This document shows positions 30,406-41,414 of a stretch of 64,000 nucleotides of DNA, one piece after another. A program made the position numbers and the translations under genes. The notes beneath the pieces are model-generated. The model worked only from the letters and a program-made list of their open reading frames with translations. It did no database searches and was not told the DNA's origin. The stretch is from an uncultured Clostridia bacterium. GTDB lineage: Bacteria; Bacillota; Clostridia; TANB77; CAG-508. The stretch lies in the NCBI GenBank assembly GCA_947631185.1, contig CANRKJ010000003.1, positions 20,839 through 84,838 on the forward strand. Direction: 5' to 3'. Each line of letters opens with the position of its first letter. Position 1 is the first letter of the stretch.

Positions 30406-30894
30406 TTACATTATATCACTAACTTTTTTTCCTCTTTTTTTAGCAATATCTTCTACTGTATTCATATTTTTTAATGCTTCCATTGTAGCATAAACAACAT
30501 TTCTTGGATTATTTGTTCCTATAACTTTTGTTCTGATATCTTGATATCCAGCTAGTTCTAATACTGGTCTTACACTACCTCCAGCTATAATACCAGATCC
30601 TTTACTTCCTGGTTTTAACATTACTTTTGCACTTCCAAATTTTCCAACAAATTCATGAGGAATTGTTGTTCCTGCAATTGGAACAGTAATTAAGTTTTTC
30701 TTAGCTTCTTCAATAGCTTTTCTTATTGCATCTGGAACTTCAGATGATTTTCCGTTTCCAACACCAATGTGTCCATTTTCATCTCCAACAACAACAACAG
30801 CACTGAATCTAAAAGTTCTACCACCTTTTACAACCTTAGCAACTCTATTGATAGCAACAACTTTTTCTTTTAACTCTACTGCTTTTTCTTCCAT
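30406..30894 (-). CDS. rpsE: 30S ribosomal protein S5
   Basis: [30 protein letters not shown] 30894 has a GGGAGA RBS. The ORF-track TTG at 30915 is less likely. Confidence 0.96.
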   Translation of the reverse strand: MEEKAVELKEKVVAINRVAKVVKGGRTFRFSAVVVVGDENGHIGVGNGKSSEVPDAIRKAIEEAKKNLITVPIAGTTIPHEFVGKFGSAKVMLKPGSKGSGIIAGGSVRPVLELAGYQDIRTKVIGTNNPRNVVYATMEALKNMNTVEDIAKKRGKKVSDIM

Positions 30895-30924
30895 AGGTTT
30901 GTTTTCTCCCTTCAAAATTTTTTA

Positions 30925-31284
30925 TTAGAAATTTAATCCTGCTTCACGTGCTGCTTCTGCAACTGCTTTTACAACACCATGATATATATATCCACCTCTA
31001 TCAAAAACTACTGTTTCAATTTTTTGAGCTTTTGCTTTTTTAGCTATTGTAGCTCCAATTTCTTTAGCAGCTTCGATATTAGCTTTTTTATTTTTTATTT
31101 CTTTATCAAGAGTTGAAACAGATACTAAAGTAACTCCTTTAACATCATCAATTATTTGAACTCTTATATTTTTATTTGATTTATTAACAGCAAGTCTTGG
31201 ACACTCAGATGTTCCACTTATTTTTGTACGAACTCTTTTATGTCTTCTTTGTCTTTCTGCTGATCTATCTATCTTTGTAATCAT
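30925..31284 (-). CDS. rplR: 50S ribosomal protein L18
   Basis: [37 protein letters not shown]...[27 protein letters not shown]. Confidence 0.97.
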   Translation of the reverse strand: MITKIDRSAERQRRHKRVRTKISGTSECPRLAVNKSNKNIRVQIIDDVKGVTLVSVSTLDKEIKNKKANIEAAKEIGATIAKKAKAQKIETVVFDRGGYIYHGVVKAVAEAAREAGLNF

Positions 31285-31311
31285 TTATAACTCCTTTCTA
31301 GGTTTCCATCT

Positions 31312-31355
31312 AGGGGTTTATATAATCCCTCCTTTAAGGGATTATATAAACCCCT
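31312..31355. repeat. Perfect 19-bp-stem palindrome in the rplF-rplR spacer
   Basis: AGGGGTTTATATAATCCCT ccttta AGGGATTATATAAACCCCT. It shares the TTATATAAT core with the dispersed repeat family. Confidence 0.9.
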
Positions 31356-31410
31356 AAAGTTCACTTAAATTTAACCTAATTTGAACATTTAATTCTATTA
31401 CAAATTAATT

Positions 31411-31950
31411 TTATTTCTTACCAGCTTTTCCTTCTTTACGTCTAATAACTTCTTCAGCATATTTAATACCTTTTCCTCTATATACTTCTGGTGGTCTCTT
31501 AGTTCTAATAACAGCAGCTGTTTGACCAACAACTTCTTTATCAATTCCTCTAACAATTATTTCATTAGGATTTGGTACATCAAAAGTTATTCCTGCTGGT
31601 GCTTCCATCTCAACTGGATGTGAATATCCTAGAGTAAGAACTAAGTTATTTCCTTTTTTCTGAGCTCTATATCCAACACCATTTATCTCTAATTTTCTTT
31701 GGAATTCATTAACTGTTCCTTCTATCATATTGTTTATTAATGTTCTTGTTAAACCATGTAAACTTCTGTTTGCTGGTTCGTCATCTGGTCTTGTAACTGT
31801 AATAACATTTCCTTCAAGAGAAACTTTCATATTTTTATGTATTTCTCTTTCTAAAGTACCTTTTGGTCCTTTTACAGTAATCTTTTGACCATCTATTTTT
31901 ACTTCAACGCCAGCTGGTACCGTAATAGGTTTATTTCCTATTCTTGACAT
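31411..31950 (-). CDS. rplF: 50S ribosomal protein L6
   Basis: [33 protein letters not shown]. Confidence 0.97.
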   Translation of the reverse strand: MSRIGNKPITVPAGVEVKIDGQKITVKGPKGTLEREIHKNMKVSLEGNVITVTRPDDEPANRSLHGLTRTLINNMIEGTVNEFQRKLEINGVGYRAQKKGNNLVLTLGYSHPVEMEAPAGITFDVPNPNEIIVRGIDKEVVGQTAAVIRTKRPPEVYRGKGIKYAEEVIRRKEGKAGKK

Positions 31951-32053
31951 TTGAGTTTTCCCTCCTTCTCTGATATTAGCATTATAAAAATGCTTTTATA
32001 AAATTTCTTTATTTATATTTTTATTGTAAAATTATTATTTATAAGCTATGAGA

Positions 32054-32452
32054 TTACCAAACATAAGCAATAACTTCTCCACCTATACCTAATTCCCTAG
32101 CTTTTTTATCTGTAATAATTCCTTTTGATGTAGAAATTAAAGCAATTCCTAAACCGTTTAATACTTTTGGTAATTCATCTTTTGATGCATATATTCTTAA
32201 ACCAGGTTTACTTATTCTTCTTAAACCATCTATAACTCTATTACCTTTTTCGTCATATTTTAATGTTATTCTGATAATTCCTTGAACTCCATCATCTATT
32301 TCATCAAAAGCTTTTATATAACCTTCTTCAAGTAATGTTTCTGCAATAGATTTCTTAATTTTTGATGCTGGAACATCAACTGTTTTAAATTTAGCACTAT
32401 TTGCATTTCTTATTCTTGTTAACATATCTGCAATTGGGTCAGTTGTATTCAT
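32054..32452 (-). CDS. rpsH: 30S ribosomal protein S8
   Basis: [13 protein letters not shown]...GGEVIAYVW. Confidence 0.97.
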   Translation of the reverse strand: MNTTDPIADMLTRIRNANSAKFKTVDVPASKIKKSIAETLLEEGYIKAFDEIDDGVQGIIRITLKYDEKGNRVIDGLRRISKPGLRIYASKDELPKVLNGLGIALISTSKGIITDKKARELGIGGEVIAYVW

Positions 32453-32560
32453 TTTTACCCTCCTTCTATTTCATATATTTTAATTTTGATTCAAAAGCAT
32501 GTATTACAAAACAGACTTCTATTATCTAACAAAGTAATACAAATTTATAAATCTAAATTT

Positions 32561-32746
32561 TTACCAACTAGCTTTTTTAACTCCAGGTATTTCTCCTTTA
32601 TGAGCTAATTCTCTAAAGCAAACACGGCAAATTCCATATTTTCTTATATAAGAATGTGGTCTTCCACAAATTTTACATCTATTATATTCTCTTGTTTTAT
32701 ATTTTTGTGGTCTAGCACATTTTACTTTTAAAGATTTTTTAGCCAT
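32561..32746 (-). CDS. rpsZ: 30S ribosomal protein S14, type Z (zinc-binding)
   Basis: 61 aa with [23 protein letters not shown]. Confidence 0.96.
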   Translation of the reverse strand: MAKKSLKVKCARPQKYKTREYNRCKICGRPHSYIRKYGICRVCFRELAHKGEIPGVKKASW

Positions 32747-32793
32747 TAATTTTTTCTCCTTTCTTAATGGATCTCTTTAATATTGCACAGCAA

Positions 32794-33333
32794 TTAATTT
32801 CTAAAAGGCATTCCTAATAATTTTAACAACTCTTTTGCTTCTTCATCTGATTTAGCAGATGTAACAAATATTATATCCATACCTCTTAATTTATCAATCT
32901 TATCATATTCAATCTCAGGGAATATTAATTGTTCTTTAACACCCATTGAATAATTTCCTCTTCCATCAAAAGAATTTCCTGAAACTCCTCTAAAATCTCT
33001 AACTCTTGGAAGAGCTACATTAAATAATTTATATGCAAAATCATACATTTTTCCAGATCTTAATGTAACTTTGCAACCTATTTTGGCTCCTTCTCTTAAT
33101 TTAAAAGCAGCAATTGATTTTTTTGCCTTTGTTACAATTGGTTTTTGTCCAGTTATTAATGACAAATCATTCATTGCATTATCTAAAGCTTTAGGATTAT
33201 CTTTAGTTTCTCCTAAACCAACATTTAAAACTATTTTTTCTAATTTAGGAACTTCCATAATAGAAGAATAGTTAAATTTTTTCATTAATGCTGGAACTAC
33301 TTCTTTTTCATATTGTTCTCTTAATTTTTCCAT
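32794..33333 (-). CDS. rplE: 50S ribosomal protein L5
   Basis: [10 protein letters not shown]...[28 protein letters not shown]. Confidence 0.97.
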   Translation of the reverse strand: MEKLREQYEKEVVPALMKKFNYSSIMEVPKLEKIVLNVGLGETKDNPKALDNAMNDLSLITGQKPIVTKAKKSIAAFKLREGAKIGCKVTLRSGKMYDFAYKLFNVALPRVRDFRGVSGNSFDGRGNYSMGVKEQLIFPEIEYDKIDKLRGMDIIFVTSAKSDEEAKELLKLLGMPFRN

Positions 33334-33357
33334 TATTTATTTTCCTCCTTCCATTAA

Positions 33358-33675
33358 TTATTTTAATTTAGCACCGCATTTTTTACATACACGTACTTTT
33401 TCATCTTTTTCAATTTTATATTCAACTCTTGTTGTTTTCTTACATTTTGGGCAAACTACTCCTGCCTTTGAACTAGGAATAGCACATTCTTTAGATATTA
33501 TTCCACCTTCATCCCCTTGTTTTCTAGGTTTCATATGTTTTTTTCTAACATTAACACCTTTTACAACGATTTTTGAATCTTTTGGTATAATTTCTATAAC
33601 TTCTCCAGTCTTATCTTTATCATTTCCAGATAAAATTTTTACTGTATCACCTTTTTTTATTCTCAATTTATTCAC
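33358..33675 (-). CDS. rplX: 50S ribosomal protein L24 (with C-terminal Cys4 ribbon)
   Basis: IKKGDTVKILSGNDKDKTGEV KOW motif. C-terminus CPKCKKTTRV...CKKCGAKL. GTG start. Confidence 0.93.
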   Translation of the reverse strand: MNKLRIKKGDTVKILSGNDKDKTGEVIEIIPKDSKIVVKGVNVRKKHMKPRKQGDEGGIISKECAIPSSKAGVVCPKCKKTTRVEYKIEKDEKVRVCKKCGAKLK

Positions 33676-33750
33676 CTCTTTACCATAAATAGTTTGATCT
33701 CTAATACCTGTTTTGCAAAACTAACCAACACTTTCTATAATTTAGAAAAA

Positions 33751-34119
33751 TTAAAGAACTTCTGGAGCTAAAGATAAAATTTTTAAATAATTTTTATCTC
33801 TTAATTCTCTTGCTACAGGTCCAAATATACGAGTTCCTTTTGGTGTTCCGTCATCACGAATTATAACAGCTGCATTTTCGTCAAATTTTACATAAGATCC
33901 ATCAGCTCTTCTTGCACCTTTTTTTGTTCTAACTACAACAGCTTTTACAACTTCACCTTTTTTTACAACGCCACCTGGTGTTGCTGATTTAACAGAAGCA
34001 ATTATAATATCTCCTATTTTAGCATATTTTCTATATGAACCACCTAAACATCTGATACACATTAACTCTTTTGCACCAGTGTTATCAGCTACTTTTAATA
34101 TAGTTTGTTGTTGTACCAT
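33751..34119 (-). CDS. rplN: 50S ribosomal protein L14
   Basis: [23 protein letters not shown]. Confidence 0.98.
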   Translation of the reverse strand: MVQQQTILKVADNTGAKELMCIRCLGGSYRKYAKIGDIIIASVKSATPGGVVKKGEVVKAVVVRTKKGARRADGSYVKFDENAAVIIRDDGTPKGTRIFGPVARELRDKNYLKILSLAPEVL

Positions 34120-34145
34120 TTAGGTTACCTCCTTACTTAATTTTC

Positions 34146-34409
34146 TTATTTAATAACAGCTTTTTCTACAATTTCAACAACTCTCCATCTTTTATCTTTA
34201 GATAAAGGTCTTGTTTCCATTATTTTTACTTTATCTCCTGCTTTGCAAGCATTCTCTTCATCATGAGCTTTAACTTTTAATGTTCTTTTTACAGTTTTCT
34301 TATAAATAGGATGAGCAACACTTGTTTCAATTGCAACTACAACTGTTTTATCCATTTTATCAGAAACAACTTTTCCAATTAATGTTTTACGAAGATTTCT
34401 TTCTCCCAT
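34146..34409 (-). CDS. rpsQ: 30S ribosomal protein S17
   Basis: [22 protein letters not shown]...[14 protein letters not shown]. Confidence 0.97.
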   Translation of the reverse strand: MGERNLRKTLIGKVVSDKMDKTVVVAIETSVAHPIYKKTVKRTLKVKAHDEENACKAGDKVKIMETRPLSKDKRWRVVEIVEKAVIK

Positions 34410-34434
34410 TTTTGGATTTCTCCTTTCCTAAAAA

Positions 34435-34647
34435 TTATTTTACACCTTTTAATTCTCTTTCTCTAAGAACAGTTTTTACTCTAGCTATTTCCTTTTTTAC
34501 TTCCTTAATTCTCATTGGATTATCAAGTCCATTTGTAGCTAGACTAAATCTTAATTTAAATAATTCAGATTTTAATTCAACTAATTCTTTTTCTAAATCT
34601 GGTGAAGACATTTCTTTTATTTTACTATTCTTCAACTTGATCACCAC
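34435..34647 (-). CDS. rpmC: 50S ribosomal protein L29 (exact start uncertain: GTG 34647, TTG 34635 or ATG 34611)
   Basis: [31 protein letters not shown]. The 5' end overlaps the rplP stop. Confidence 0.9.
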   Translation of the reverse strand: MVIKLKNSKIKEMSSPDLEKELVELKSELFKLRFSLATNGLDNPMRIKEVKKEIARVKTVLRERELKGVK

Positions 34648-35059
34648 CTATTTCTCTTTTTACGAATTTTGTTTTTACTGGTAATTTGTGTCCAGCAAGT
34701 CTTAAAGCTTCTCTAGCCACATCTTCTGATACACCAGCTATTTCAAACATAACTCTTCCTGGTTTAACAACTGCAACCCAAAATTCTGGAGCTCCTTTAC
34801 CTTTACCCATACGAGTTCCAAGAGGTTTTGTTGTTACTGGTTTATCTGGGAAAATTTTTATCCAAACTTTTCCACCTCTTTTTATATAACGAGTCATTGC
34901 AACTCTGGCAGCTTCTATTTGATTAGCTCTTATCCATCCAGCATCTAAAGCTTGAAGTCCATATTCACCTTCATTTACTACATTACCTCTAGTTGCTTTT
35001 CCTCTATTTCTACCTTTTTGCATTTTTCTATATTTTGATCTTTTTGGCATTACTGGCAT
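34625..35059 (-). CDS. rplP: 50S ribosomal protein L16
   Basis: [14 protein letters not shown]... The ATG overlaps the rpsC stop (TAATG). Confidence 0.97.
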   Translation of the reverse strand: MPVMPKRSKYRKMQKGRNRGKATRGNVVNEGEYGLQALDAGWIRANQIEAARVAMTRYIKRGGKVWIKIFPDKPVTTKPLGTRMGKGKGAPEFWVAVVKPGRVMFEIAGVSEDVAREALRLAGHKLPVKTKFVKREIGGDQVEE

Positions 35060-35718
35060 TAGTCATTACCTCCTTCTACTGTTTTTTTAGAAGGAAGAAT
35101 TTCACCTTTATATATCCATACTTTTACACCTATTTTTCCATAAGTAGTATCAGCTTCAGCAAATCCATAATCAATGTCTGCTCTGATTGTTTGAAGTGGT
35201 ATAGTACCATCTTTATAAAATTCTGTTCTAGCCATATCAGCTCCAGCAAGTCTTCCTGAAACTGCTGTTTTAATACCTAAAGCTCCTGCTTTCATAGATT
35301 TTTGCATACATTGTTTCATTGCTCTTCTAAAAGATATTCTTCTTTCTAATTGACCTGCGATATTTTCAGCAACAAGTTGTGCATCTATATCAACATTTTT
35401 AACTTCTACAATATTTAAATTAACTTCTTTATTTATCATTTTATGAAGTTCTTGTTTTAAACTTTCAGCTAAATTTCCACCCTTTCCAATAACTAATCCT
35501 GGTTTAGCTGTATAAACATTTACTTTTACAAATTTAGCAGTTCTTTCAATTTCAATTTTTGAAATACCACTAGCATATAATTTCTTCTTAACATATTTAC
35601 GAATTTGGTTATCTTCTACTAAATAGTCTGCAAAATTTTTTGAATCAGCATACCATCTAGAACTCCAATCTTTAATAACACCTACTCTTAATCCATTTGG
35701 ATGAACTTTTTGTCCCAT
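35059..35718 (-). CDS. rpsC: 30S ribosomal protein S3
   Basis: [24 protein letters not shown]. Confidence 0.98.
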   Translation of the reverse strand: MGQKVHPNGLRVGVIKDWSSRWYADSKNFADYLVEDNQIRKYVKKKLYASGISKIEIERTAKFVKVNVYTAKPGLVIGKGGNLAESLKQELHKMINKEVNLNIVEVKNVDIDAQLVAENIAGQLERRISFRRAMKQCMQKSMKAGALGIKTAVSGRLAGADMARTEFYKDGTIPLQTIRADIDYGFAEADTTYGKIGVKVWIYKGEILPSKKTVEGGND

Positions 35719-35741
35719 GTCGTAAATATCCTCCTTTCTTT

Positions 35742-36101
35742 TTATTTGCTTTCTCTTAATACTATTGTTATGTGACTTGTTCTTTTTCTAATTCTAACTG
35801 CAGATCCTTTTGCTGCTGGTCTTATTCTTTTTAGAGTAGGACCTTGATTTGCATAAATTTCTGATACATAAAGATTTGCTCTATTCATAAAGTGATTATT
35901 TTCAGCATTTGCAATAGCTGATTTTAACAATTTCTCTAATATTTCACTTGATGCTTTTGGAGCAAATTTTACAATTGCTAAAGCTTCATCAACTTTTTTT
36001 CCTCTTAATAAATCTGCTACTATTTTAACTTTTCTAGCAGATATTCTAGCGTATTTAAGAGTTGCTTTAGCTTCTGCTACTGTAACTTCTTTCTCTTCCA
36101 C
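35742..36101 (-). CDS. rplV: 50S ribosomal protein L22
   Basis: [39 protein letters not shown] start after GGAGGA. Confidence 0.96.
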   Translation of the reverse strand: MEEKEVTVAEAKATLKYARISARKVKIVADLLRGKKVDEALAIVKFAPKASSEILEKLLKSAIANAENNHFMNRANLYVSEIYANQGPTLKRIRPAAKGSAVRIRKRTSHITIVLRESK

Positions 36102-36144
36102 TGTTATATCCTCCTTTATTCTCTCTTAGATATATATAATCATT

Positions 36145-36420
36145 TTATTGTTTTGTTGTTTTATCTCCGCTATGTCCTTTGAAAGTTCTAGTTTGAGCAA
36201 ATTCTCCAAGTTTATGTCCAATCATTTCTTCTGAAATATATACTGGAACATGTTTTCTTCCATCATGAACAGCGATTGTGTGACCAACCATTTCTGGATA
36301 AATAGTTGATGCTCTTGACCATGTTTTTAAAACTTCTTTTTTTCCTGTTTCATTCATAGCAACTATTCTTTTCATAAGTTCTGGTGCTACAAAAGGAACC
36401 TTTTTAGATGATCTTGACAT
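36145..36420 (-). CDS. rpsS: 30S ribosomal protein S19
   Basis: [11 protein letters not shown]...[30 protein letters not shown]. Confidence 0.98.
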   Translation of the reverse strand: MSRSSKKVPFVAPELMKRIVAMNETGKKEVLKTWSRASTIYPEMVGHTIAVHDGRKHVPVYISEEMIGHKLGEFAQTRTFKGHSGDKTTKQ

Positions 36421-36514
36421 ATTTATCTCCTTTCTTGATAATCAAGTGTTATAGACGAGCGTTGCTCGTCTGACGAACAAACTTAAATAGAAGTTTAATT
36501 CGAAAACATTTGAC

Positions 36515-37342
36515 TTATTTTCTTCTCTTAACGATAAACTTATTTGATAATTTCTTTTTATTTCTTGTTTTATATCCAAGTGCTGGTTTACCCCAAGGAG
36601 TCATTGGTCCTGCGTGTCCAACTGGAGCTCTACCTTCACCACCACCATGAGGGTGATCATTAGGGTTCATAACAGATCCTCTAACAGTTGGTCTAATTCC
36701 CATATGTCTTTTTCTTCCTGCTTTACCCAATTTTATATTTTCATGATCTGAATTTCCGATAGTTCCTATTGTTGCTCTAGAATTTACAGAAATAAGTCTC
36801 ATTTCTCCTGATGGAAGTCTTACGTGAGCATAAGCTCCTTCCTTAGCCATAAGTTGTGCTTCTTGTCCTGCACTTCTAACTAATTTTCCACCTTGACCTG
36901 GATTTAATTCTATATTATGAATCATTGTACCAACAGGTATTTTTGCTATTGGCATAGCATTTCCTGGTTTAATATCTGCATTTTCACCTGAAATAACCTT
37001 ATCTCCATCTGTTAGACCTTGTGGAGCTAAGATATAACTCTTTGTTCCGTCTTCATATTGAATTAAAGCTATATTTGCACTTCTGTTAGGATCATATTCA
37101 ATACCCATAACTGTAGCAAACATATCATCTTTCTTTCTTTTAAAATCTATTACTCTATATTTTTGTCTATTTCCTCCACCTTGATGTCTTACTGTAATTC
37201 TACCATAAGAATTTCTTCCAGCATTTTTTCTCTTTTTTTGTAATAAAGATTTTTCTGGAGTTTTTTTAGTGATTTCTTCATAAGTTGAAGAAGTCATATT
37301 TCTTCTTGATGGTGTATATGCATTATAATGTTTAATTCCCAT
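36515..37342 (-). CDS. rplB: 50S ribosomal protein L2
   Basis: [16 protein letters not shown]...[14 protein letters not shown]. Confidence 0.98.
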   Translation of the reverse strand: MGIKHYNAYTPSRRNMTSSTYEEITKKTPEKSLLQKKRKNAGRNSYGRITVRHQGGGNRQKYRVIDFKRKKDDMFATVMGIEYDPNRSANIALIQYEDGTKSYILAPQGLTDGDKVISGENADIKPGNAMPIAKIPVGTMIHNIELNPGQGGKLVRSAGQEAQLMAKEGAYAHVRLPSGEMRLISVNSRATIGTIGNSDHENIKLGKAGRKRHMGIRPTVRGSVMNPNDHPHGGGEGRAPVGHAGPMTPWGKPALGYKTRNKKKLSNKFIVKRRK

Positions 37343-37458
37343 TTTTAATTCTCCTATTCTTCTTTAATTATTTAAGGGATTATTTTCCTGGCCCTTACCA
37401 GTTATTTATATTTACTAGATTATTTATCTGGAGTAAGAGTAAATATATTATTTTATTT

Positions 37459-37806
37459 TTATACACTTGTAAATGCGTCTATTGAATCATTATATTTTTT
37501 TGAAATCTTAACTTCTTTTCCACCTTTACTTAAATAAGTTTTTTCAGAAGCATTTGTATCTATTGTAACAATAGCTTTTTTCCAATCTGAAGTTTTTCCA
37601 ACATGAACACCAACTCTTTTTTCTTTTCCTTTAACATTCATAGTGTTTACTTTTAAAACTTTTACTTCAAATAATTTTTCAACAGCATTTTTTATTTCAA
37701 CTTTAGTTGCTTTTTTTGCAACTTTGAAAGTGTATTTTCCTTCTTGTAAATCTAAGTTACTTTTTTCTGTAACAACTGGTGCTATAATAATATCTTCAGC
37801 TACCAT
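37459..37806 (-). CDS. rplW: 50S ribosomal protein L23
   Basis: [45 protein letters not shown]. 115 aa, somewhat longer than usual at the C-terminus. Confidence 0.95.
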   Translation of the reverse strand: MVAEDIIIAPVVTEKSNLDLQEGKYTFKVAKKATKVEIKNAVEKLFEVKVLKVNTMNVKGKEKRVGVHVGKTSDWKKAIVTIDTNASEKTYLSKGGKEVKISKKYNDSIDAFTSV

Positions 37807-38429
37807 TATGCATACACCTCCTCTAATTTTTTAACTGAATCAACAGTTAATATAAGTTTATTGTATTTTAATAAATCATAAACATTTATTGTAGAAACTG
37901 AAGAAGTTCTGATTCCTTCAATATTTCTTGCAGATTTTTGAACTTTTTCATCACTTGCAGGTATAACGATTAATGCTTTTCCTTCAATTTTTAAATTATT
38001 CATTGCATCTGCCATTTGTTTTGTTTTGATTTCTTTAAAATCAAATTTATCAACAACTACTAAATTGTTTTCTAATACTTTTGAGCTTAGTAAAGATTTG
38101 ATTGCTAATCTTTTTTCTTTCTTATTTACTCTATATTTATAAGAACGTGGTTTTGGTCCTAAAGCTATACCACCTTTTATCCATTGTGGAGCTCTTATAG
38201 ATCCTTGTCTTGCTCTACCAGTACCTTTTTGTCTCCAAGGTTTTCTTCCACCGCCTCTTACTTCACTTCTTGTTTTTGTACTTTGTGTTCCTTGTCTTTG
38301 ATTAGCTAAATAGTTAACTAATACACTGTGTACAATTGCTTCATTTGGTTTAATTCCAAATACTTCTTCTTTTAATTCTATATCACTAACCTTTTTACCA
38401 GCTACACTATATACTTCTACTTTTGGCAT
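37806..38429 (-). CDS. rplD: 50S ribosomal protein L4
   Basis: [38 protein letters not shown]. Confidence 0.98.
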   Translation of the reverse strand: MPKVEVYSVAGKKVSDIELKEEVFGIKPNEAIVHSVLVNYLANQRQGTQSTKTRSEVRGGGRKPWRQKGTGRARQGSIRAPQWIKGGIALGPKPRSYKYRVNKKEKRLAIKSLLSSKVLENNLVVVDKFDFKEIKTKQMADAMNNLKIEGKALIVIPASDEKVQKSARNIEGIRTSSVSTINVYDLLKYNKLILTVDSVKKLEEVYA

Positions 38430-38448
38430 TTAAAATTCCTCCTTCCTT

Positions 38449-39078
38449 CTATTTAGCAGCTTTTACGCTTAATCTTATTTTTAATATGCTTCCTTTATTT
38501 CCAGGAACACTTCCTTTAACTAAGATAGCATTTTTATCTAAATCAACTTTAACTATTTTTAAATTTTGAATAGTTACTGTATCTACACCCATATGTCCTG
38601 GTAATTTTTTCCCTTTAAAAACTCTACCTGGAGTTGATGTAGATCCCATTGAACCTGGTCTTCTATGATACATAGAACCATGTCCCATTGGACCTCTATG
38701 TTGTCCATGACGTTTAATAACACCTTGGAAACCTTTTCCTTTTGTGGTTCCTTGAATATCAACTGATTCTCCATCAGCAAATATTGATGCATTAATTTCA
38801 TCTCCAATTTTTACATCAGAAATATCTCCTCTAAATTCTCTTAAATGTTTTGCAAGTTTAACATTTGCTTTAGTAAAATGACCTTTTTCTGGTTTATTTA
38901 ATTTTGATTCTTTTACTTCTTCAAATCCTAGTTGAACTGCATCATATCCGTCAGTTTCTGTTGTTTTTAATTGTACCACTTGGCAAGGTCCAGCTTCTAT
39001 AACTGTAACTGGAATAACTGTACCATTTTCATCAAATACTTGAGTCATTCCAACTTTTCTTCCTATAATTGCTTTCAT
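38449..39078 (-). CDS. rplC: 50S ribosomal protein L3
   Basis: [19 protein letters not shown]...[12 protein letters not shown]. Confidence 0.98.
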   Translation of the reverse strand: MKAIIGRKVGMTQVFDENGTVIPVTVIEAGPCQVVQLKTTETDGYDAVQLGFEEVKESKLNKPEKGHFTKANVKLAKHLREFRGDISDVKIGDEINASIFADGESVDIQGTTKGKGFQGVIKRHGQHRGPMGHGSMYHRRPGSMGSTSTPGRVFKGKKLPGHMGVDTVTIQNLKIVKVDLDKNAILVKGSVPGNKGSILKIRLSVKAAK

Positions 39079-39173
39079 TTTAAAATTCCTCCTAACTATT
39101 GGCTTACAGGTATATTATCTAAACATACTTGTGAGCTTGGCTTTTGAAACTTTTTGCGTTTCGATTTTAATTT

Positions 39174-39500
39174 TTATAATTTGATTTCTATATTAACACC
39201 AGCTGGTAATTCTAATTTCATTAAACTATCAACTGTTTTTTGTGTTGGATAAAGAATATCAATAACTCTTTTGTGTGTTCTCATTTCAAATTGTTCTCTA
39301 GAATCTTTGTCTTTATGTGGAGAACGTAATATAGTTACTACTTCTTTTTCTGTTGGAAGTGGAATAGGTCCTGAAACTTTTGCTCCTGTTCTCTTAGCAG
39401 TATCTACTATTTTTTCAGCAGACTGATCTAAAACAACATAATCATAAGCTTTTAGTCTTATTCTGATTTTGTCACTTCCTACACTAGTTTTTGTTGCCAT
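39174..39500 (-). CDS. rpsJ: 30S ribosomal protein S10
   Basis: [40 protein letters not shown]. Confidence 0.97.
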   Translation of the reverse strand: MATKTSVGSDKIRIRLKAYDYVVLDQSAEKIVDTAKRTGAKVSGPIPLPTEKEVVTILRSPHKDKDSREQFEMRTHKRVIDILYPTQKTVDSLMKLELPAGVNIEIKL

Positions 39501-39767
39501 TTTTATTTTCCCTCCTTAATAATATTTACGGTTAACGGCAAGTTATAAACGCACCCGAGTGTTTTGAATACACCCATTTTTAAATCCAAGCCTTCTTTTG
39601 TAATTCAACAATAATTTAATTGAATTCAAATTTACCTGGATAAGTGCTTATTTCAAACTTATCGCCCGGTCTAAGCCAAGACATACTCCGCAGGAGTTCC
39701 CTCCACCTAGCTGAAATATTTAGGTGTAGCCACATCCTACTTCATCGCAAATCTATACGCATTTGCT
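39501..39767 (-). promoter_or_regulatory. Long, GC-enriched, hairpin-rich 5' leader of the S10 operon (candidate ribosomal-protein leader)
   Basis: About 260 nt lie between a consensus promoter and the rpsJ ATG. Minus-strand local helices include CACCTA/TAGGTG, GGAG-GGAA-CTCC, GTCT/AGAC, GATAAGT/ACTTATC and GCAAAT/ATTTGC. Confidence 0.5.
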
Positions 39768-39796
39768 ATTATACTATCTAAGTTGCTATTTGTCAA
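39768..39796 (-). promoter_or_regulatory. Sigma-A promoter of the S10 operon
   Basis: On the minus strand, TTGACA (39796..39791), exactly 17 nt, then TATAAT (39773..39768). This is a perfect consensus. Confidence 0.8.
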
Positions 39797-39842
39797 CCAT
39801 TTTTTGGAAAATAATAATTGTTTTTATTTTTCTGTGGAATAC

Positions 39843-39883
39843 TTTTATATAATAGGAAAGGATTACTTTCCTATTATATAAAA
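39843..39883. repeat. Palindromic intergenic repeat, copy D
   Basis: TTTTATATAATAGGAAAG gatta CTTTCCTATTATATAAAA, identical to copy B. Left flank is TTCTGTGGAATAC. Confidence 0.9.
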
Positions 39884-39887
39884 AAAT

Positions 39888-39903
39888 CGCCCCAAAAGGG
39901 GCG
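39888..39903 (-). terminator. Rho-independent terminator after spoIVA
   Basis: CGCCCC aaaa GGGGCG, followed on the minus strand by TTTTTTT, which is continuous with repeat copy D. Confidence 0.8.
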
Positions 39904-39935
39904 GTCAATCTACCACAAAAGTCTTTTTTTCAATT

Positions 39936-41414
39936 TTACAAAATTATACAGATTAATCCACTACTTCCTTCATTAACCACTCTTTGAAGAGTTTCTCTTA
40001 ATTTATTCTGTGCTTCTTCTGGCATTCTTGCAAGTTTATTTTGTAACCCCTCATTTACAAGTTCATGTAAACTTTTTCCAAAGATATTTGACTCCCATAT
40101 TTTTGTTGGATCACTCTCAAATTCAGAAAGTAAATATTTTACTAAATCTTCTGACTGTTTTTCTGTTCCCACAATTGGAGATACTTCTGTTTCTGTATCA
40201 ATTTTTATCATATGAATTGATGGTGCCTTTGCCTTTAATTTTACTCCATACCTCTGACCTTGTTTTATAATTTCTGGTTCATCCAAAATTAAATCATCAA
40301 TTCCAGGATTTACAATTCCATATCCTTTTTCATTCACTTCATGAATTGCATATGATAATTTCTCATATTCTTTATTTACTTTTGAAAAATTCATAATTGT
40401 TGTAAATAATTCTCCCTCATCTTTAATATCAATACCAGATATATTTGATAAAGTTTGATAAAATAATTCATCTTTAAGTATTACTTCTATAGTAGCACTA
40501 CCTGTTCCTAAATCTATTTCAGATAAATCCACTCTTTGTATATTTTCATTATTATTTAGATTATTATAAGTATTTGAAATATCTTTTAAGCATTTGACAT
40601 CCATAAAAGTATTTCTTACATCTTCAAATAAATCACTTTTTAAATTATCTTCTAAATTTAAACTATTAAACCATCTTGGCAAGTTAACATTTATTCTTTC
40701 TATACTAAATTCATAAAGTAATTTTGAAAAGATTTGATTCATATCATTTTCATTTAAATTATTACAACTAACTGGAATTACCGTACTTGAATATTTCTTC
40801 TCTAGTTCTTTAGCTAAATTTAAAGTCTCATTACTATTTGGATTTATACTGTTTAATAAAACAATATATGGTTTATTTAAATCCTTAAGTTCATTTATAA
40901 CTCTTTCTTCTGCTTCTTCATAATCATTTCTAGGAATATCAGTTATAGTTCCATCTGTTGTAACTACAATTCCTACAGTAGAATGTTCTACTATTACTTT
41001 TTTAGTTCCAAGTTCTGCAGCAACTTCAAATGGCATTTCCTCTTCTGACCATGGAGTTTTTACCATTCTAGGTGCTTCATCTTCCAAATATCCTATGGCA
41101 TTATTTACAAGATATCCTACACAATCAACAAGACGTGTTTTTAATTTTACATTTCCATCTAGCTTTATTTCTATAGCCTCATTTGGAATAAATTTTGGTT
41201 CAGTGGTCATTATAGTTCTTCCACCTGCACTTTGAGGTAATTCATCTATAGCCCTTTCTTTTTTATACGAATTCTCAATATTGGGCAATACTAAAAGTTC
41301 CATGAATTTTTTTATAAAAGTAGATTTTCCAGTTCTAACTGGTCCAACTACACCAACATATATATCTCCTCCAGTTCTTTTTTCAATATCCTGATATATT
41401 TCGTAATTCTCCAT
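39936..41414 (-). CDS. spoIVA: Stage IV sporulation protein A (spore coat morphogenetic ATPase)
   Basis: MENYEIYQDIEKRTGGDIYVGVVGPVRTGKSTFIKKFMELLVLPNI. 492 aa. Confidence 0.95.
   Translation of the reverse strand: MENYEIYQDIEKRTGGDIYVGVVGPVRTGKSTFIKKFMELLVLPNIENSYKKERAIDELPQSAGGRTIMTTEPKFIPNEAIEIKLDGNVKLKTRLVDCVGYLVNNAIGYLEDEAPRMVKTPWSEEEMPFEVAAELGTKKVIVEHSTVGIVVTTDGTITDIPRNDYEEAEERVINELKDLNKPYIVLLNSINPNSNETLNLAKELEKKYSSTVIPVSCNNLNENDMNQIFSKLLYEFSIERINVNLPRWFNSLNLEDNLKSDLFEDVRNTFMDVKCLKDISNTYNNLNNNENIQRVDLSEIDLGTGSATIEVILKDELFYQTLSNISGIDIKDEGELFTTIMNFSKVNKEYEKLSYAIHEVNEKGYGIVNPGIDDLILDEPEIIKQGQRYGVKLKAKAPSIHMIKIDTETEVSPIVGTEKQSEDLVKYLLSEFESDPTKIWESNIFGKSLHELVNEGLQNKLARMPEEAQNKLRETLQRVVNEGSSGLICIIL

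Noticed and set aside
38583-38807. A 74-aa same-strand ORF nested in rplC.
   Set aside because: It is an out-of-frame reading within a universally conserved gene, with no RBS.
39501-39767. The S10 leader considered as a T-box, SRP RNA, 6S RNA, tmRNA or RNase P RNA.
   Set aside because: None of the diagnostic conserved sequences is present (T-box UGGNACC box, the SRP domain IV motif, the tmRNA tRNA-like end, or the RNase P GGAAAGUCCGGGC). It is kept only as an unclassified leader candidate.
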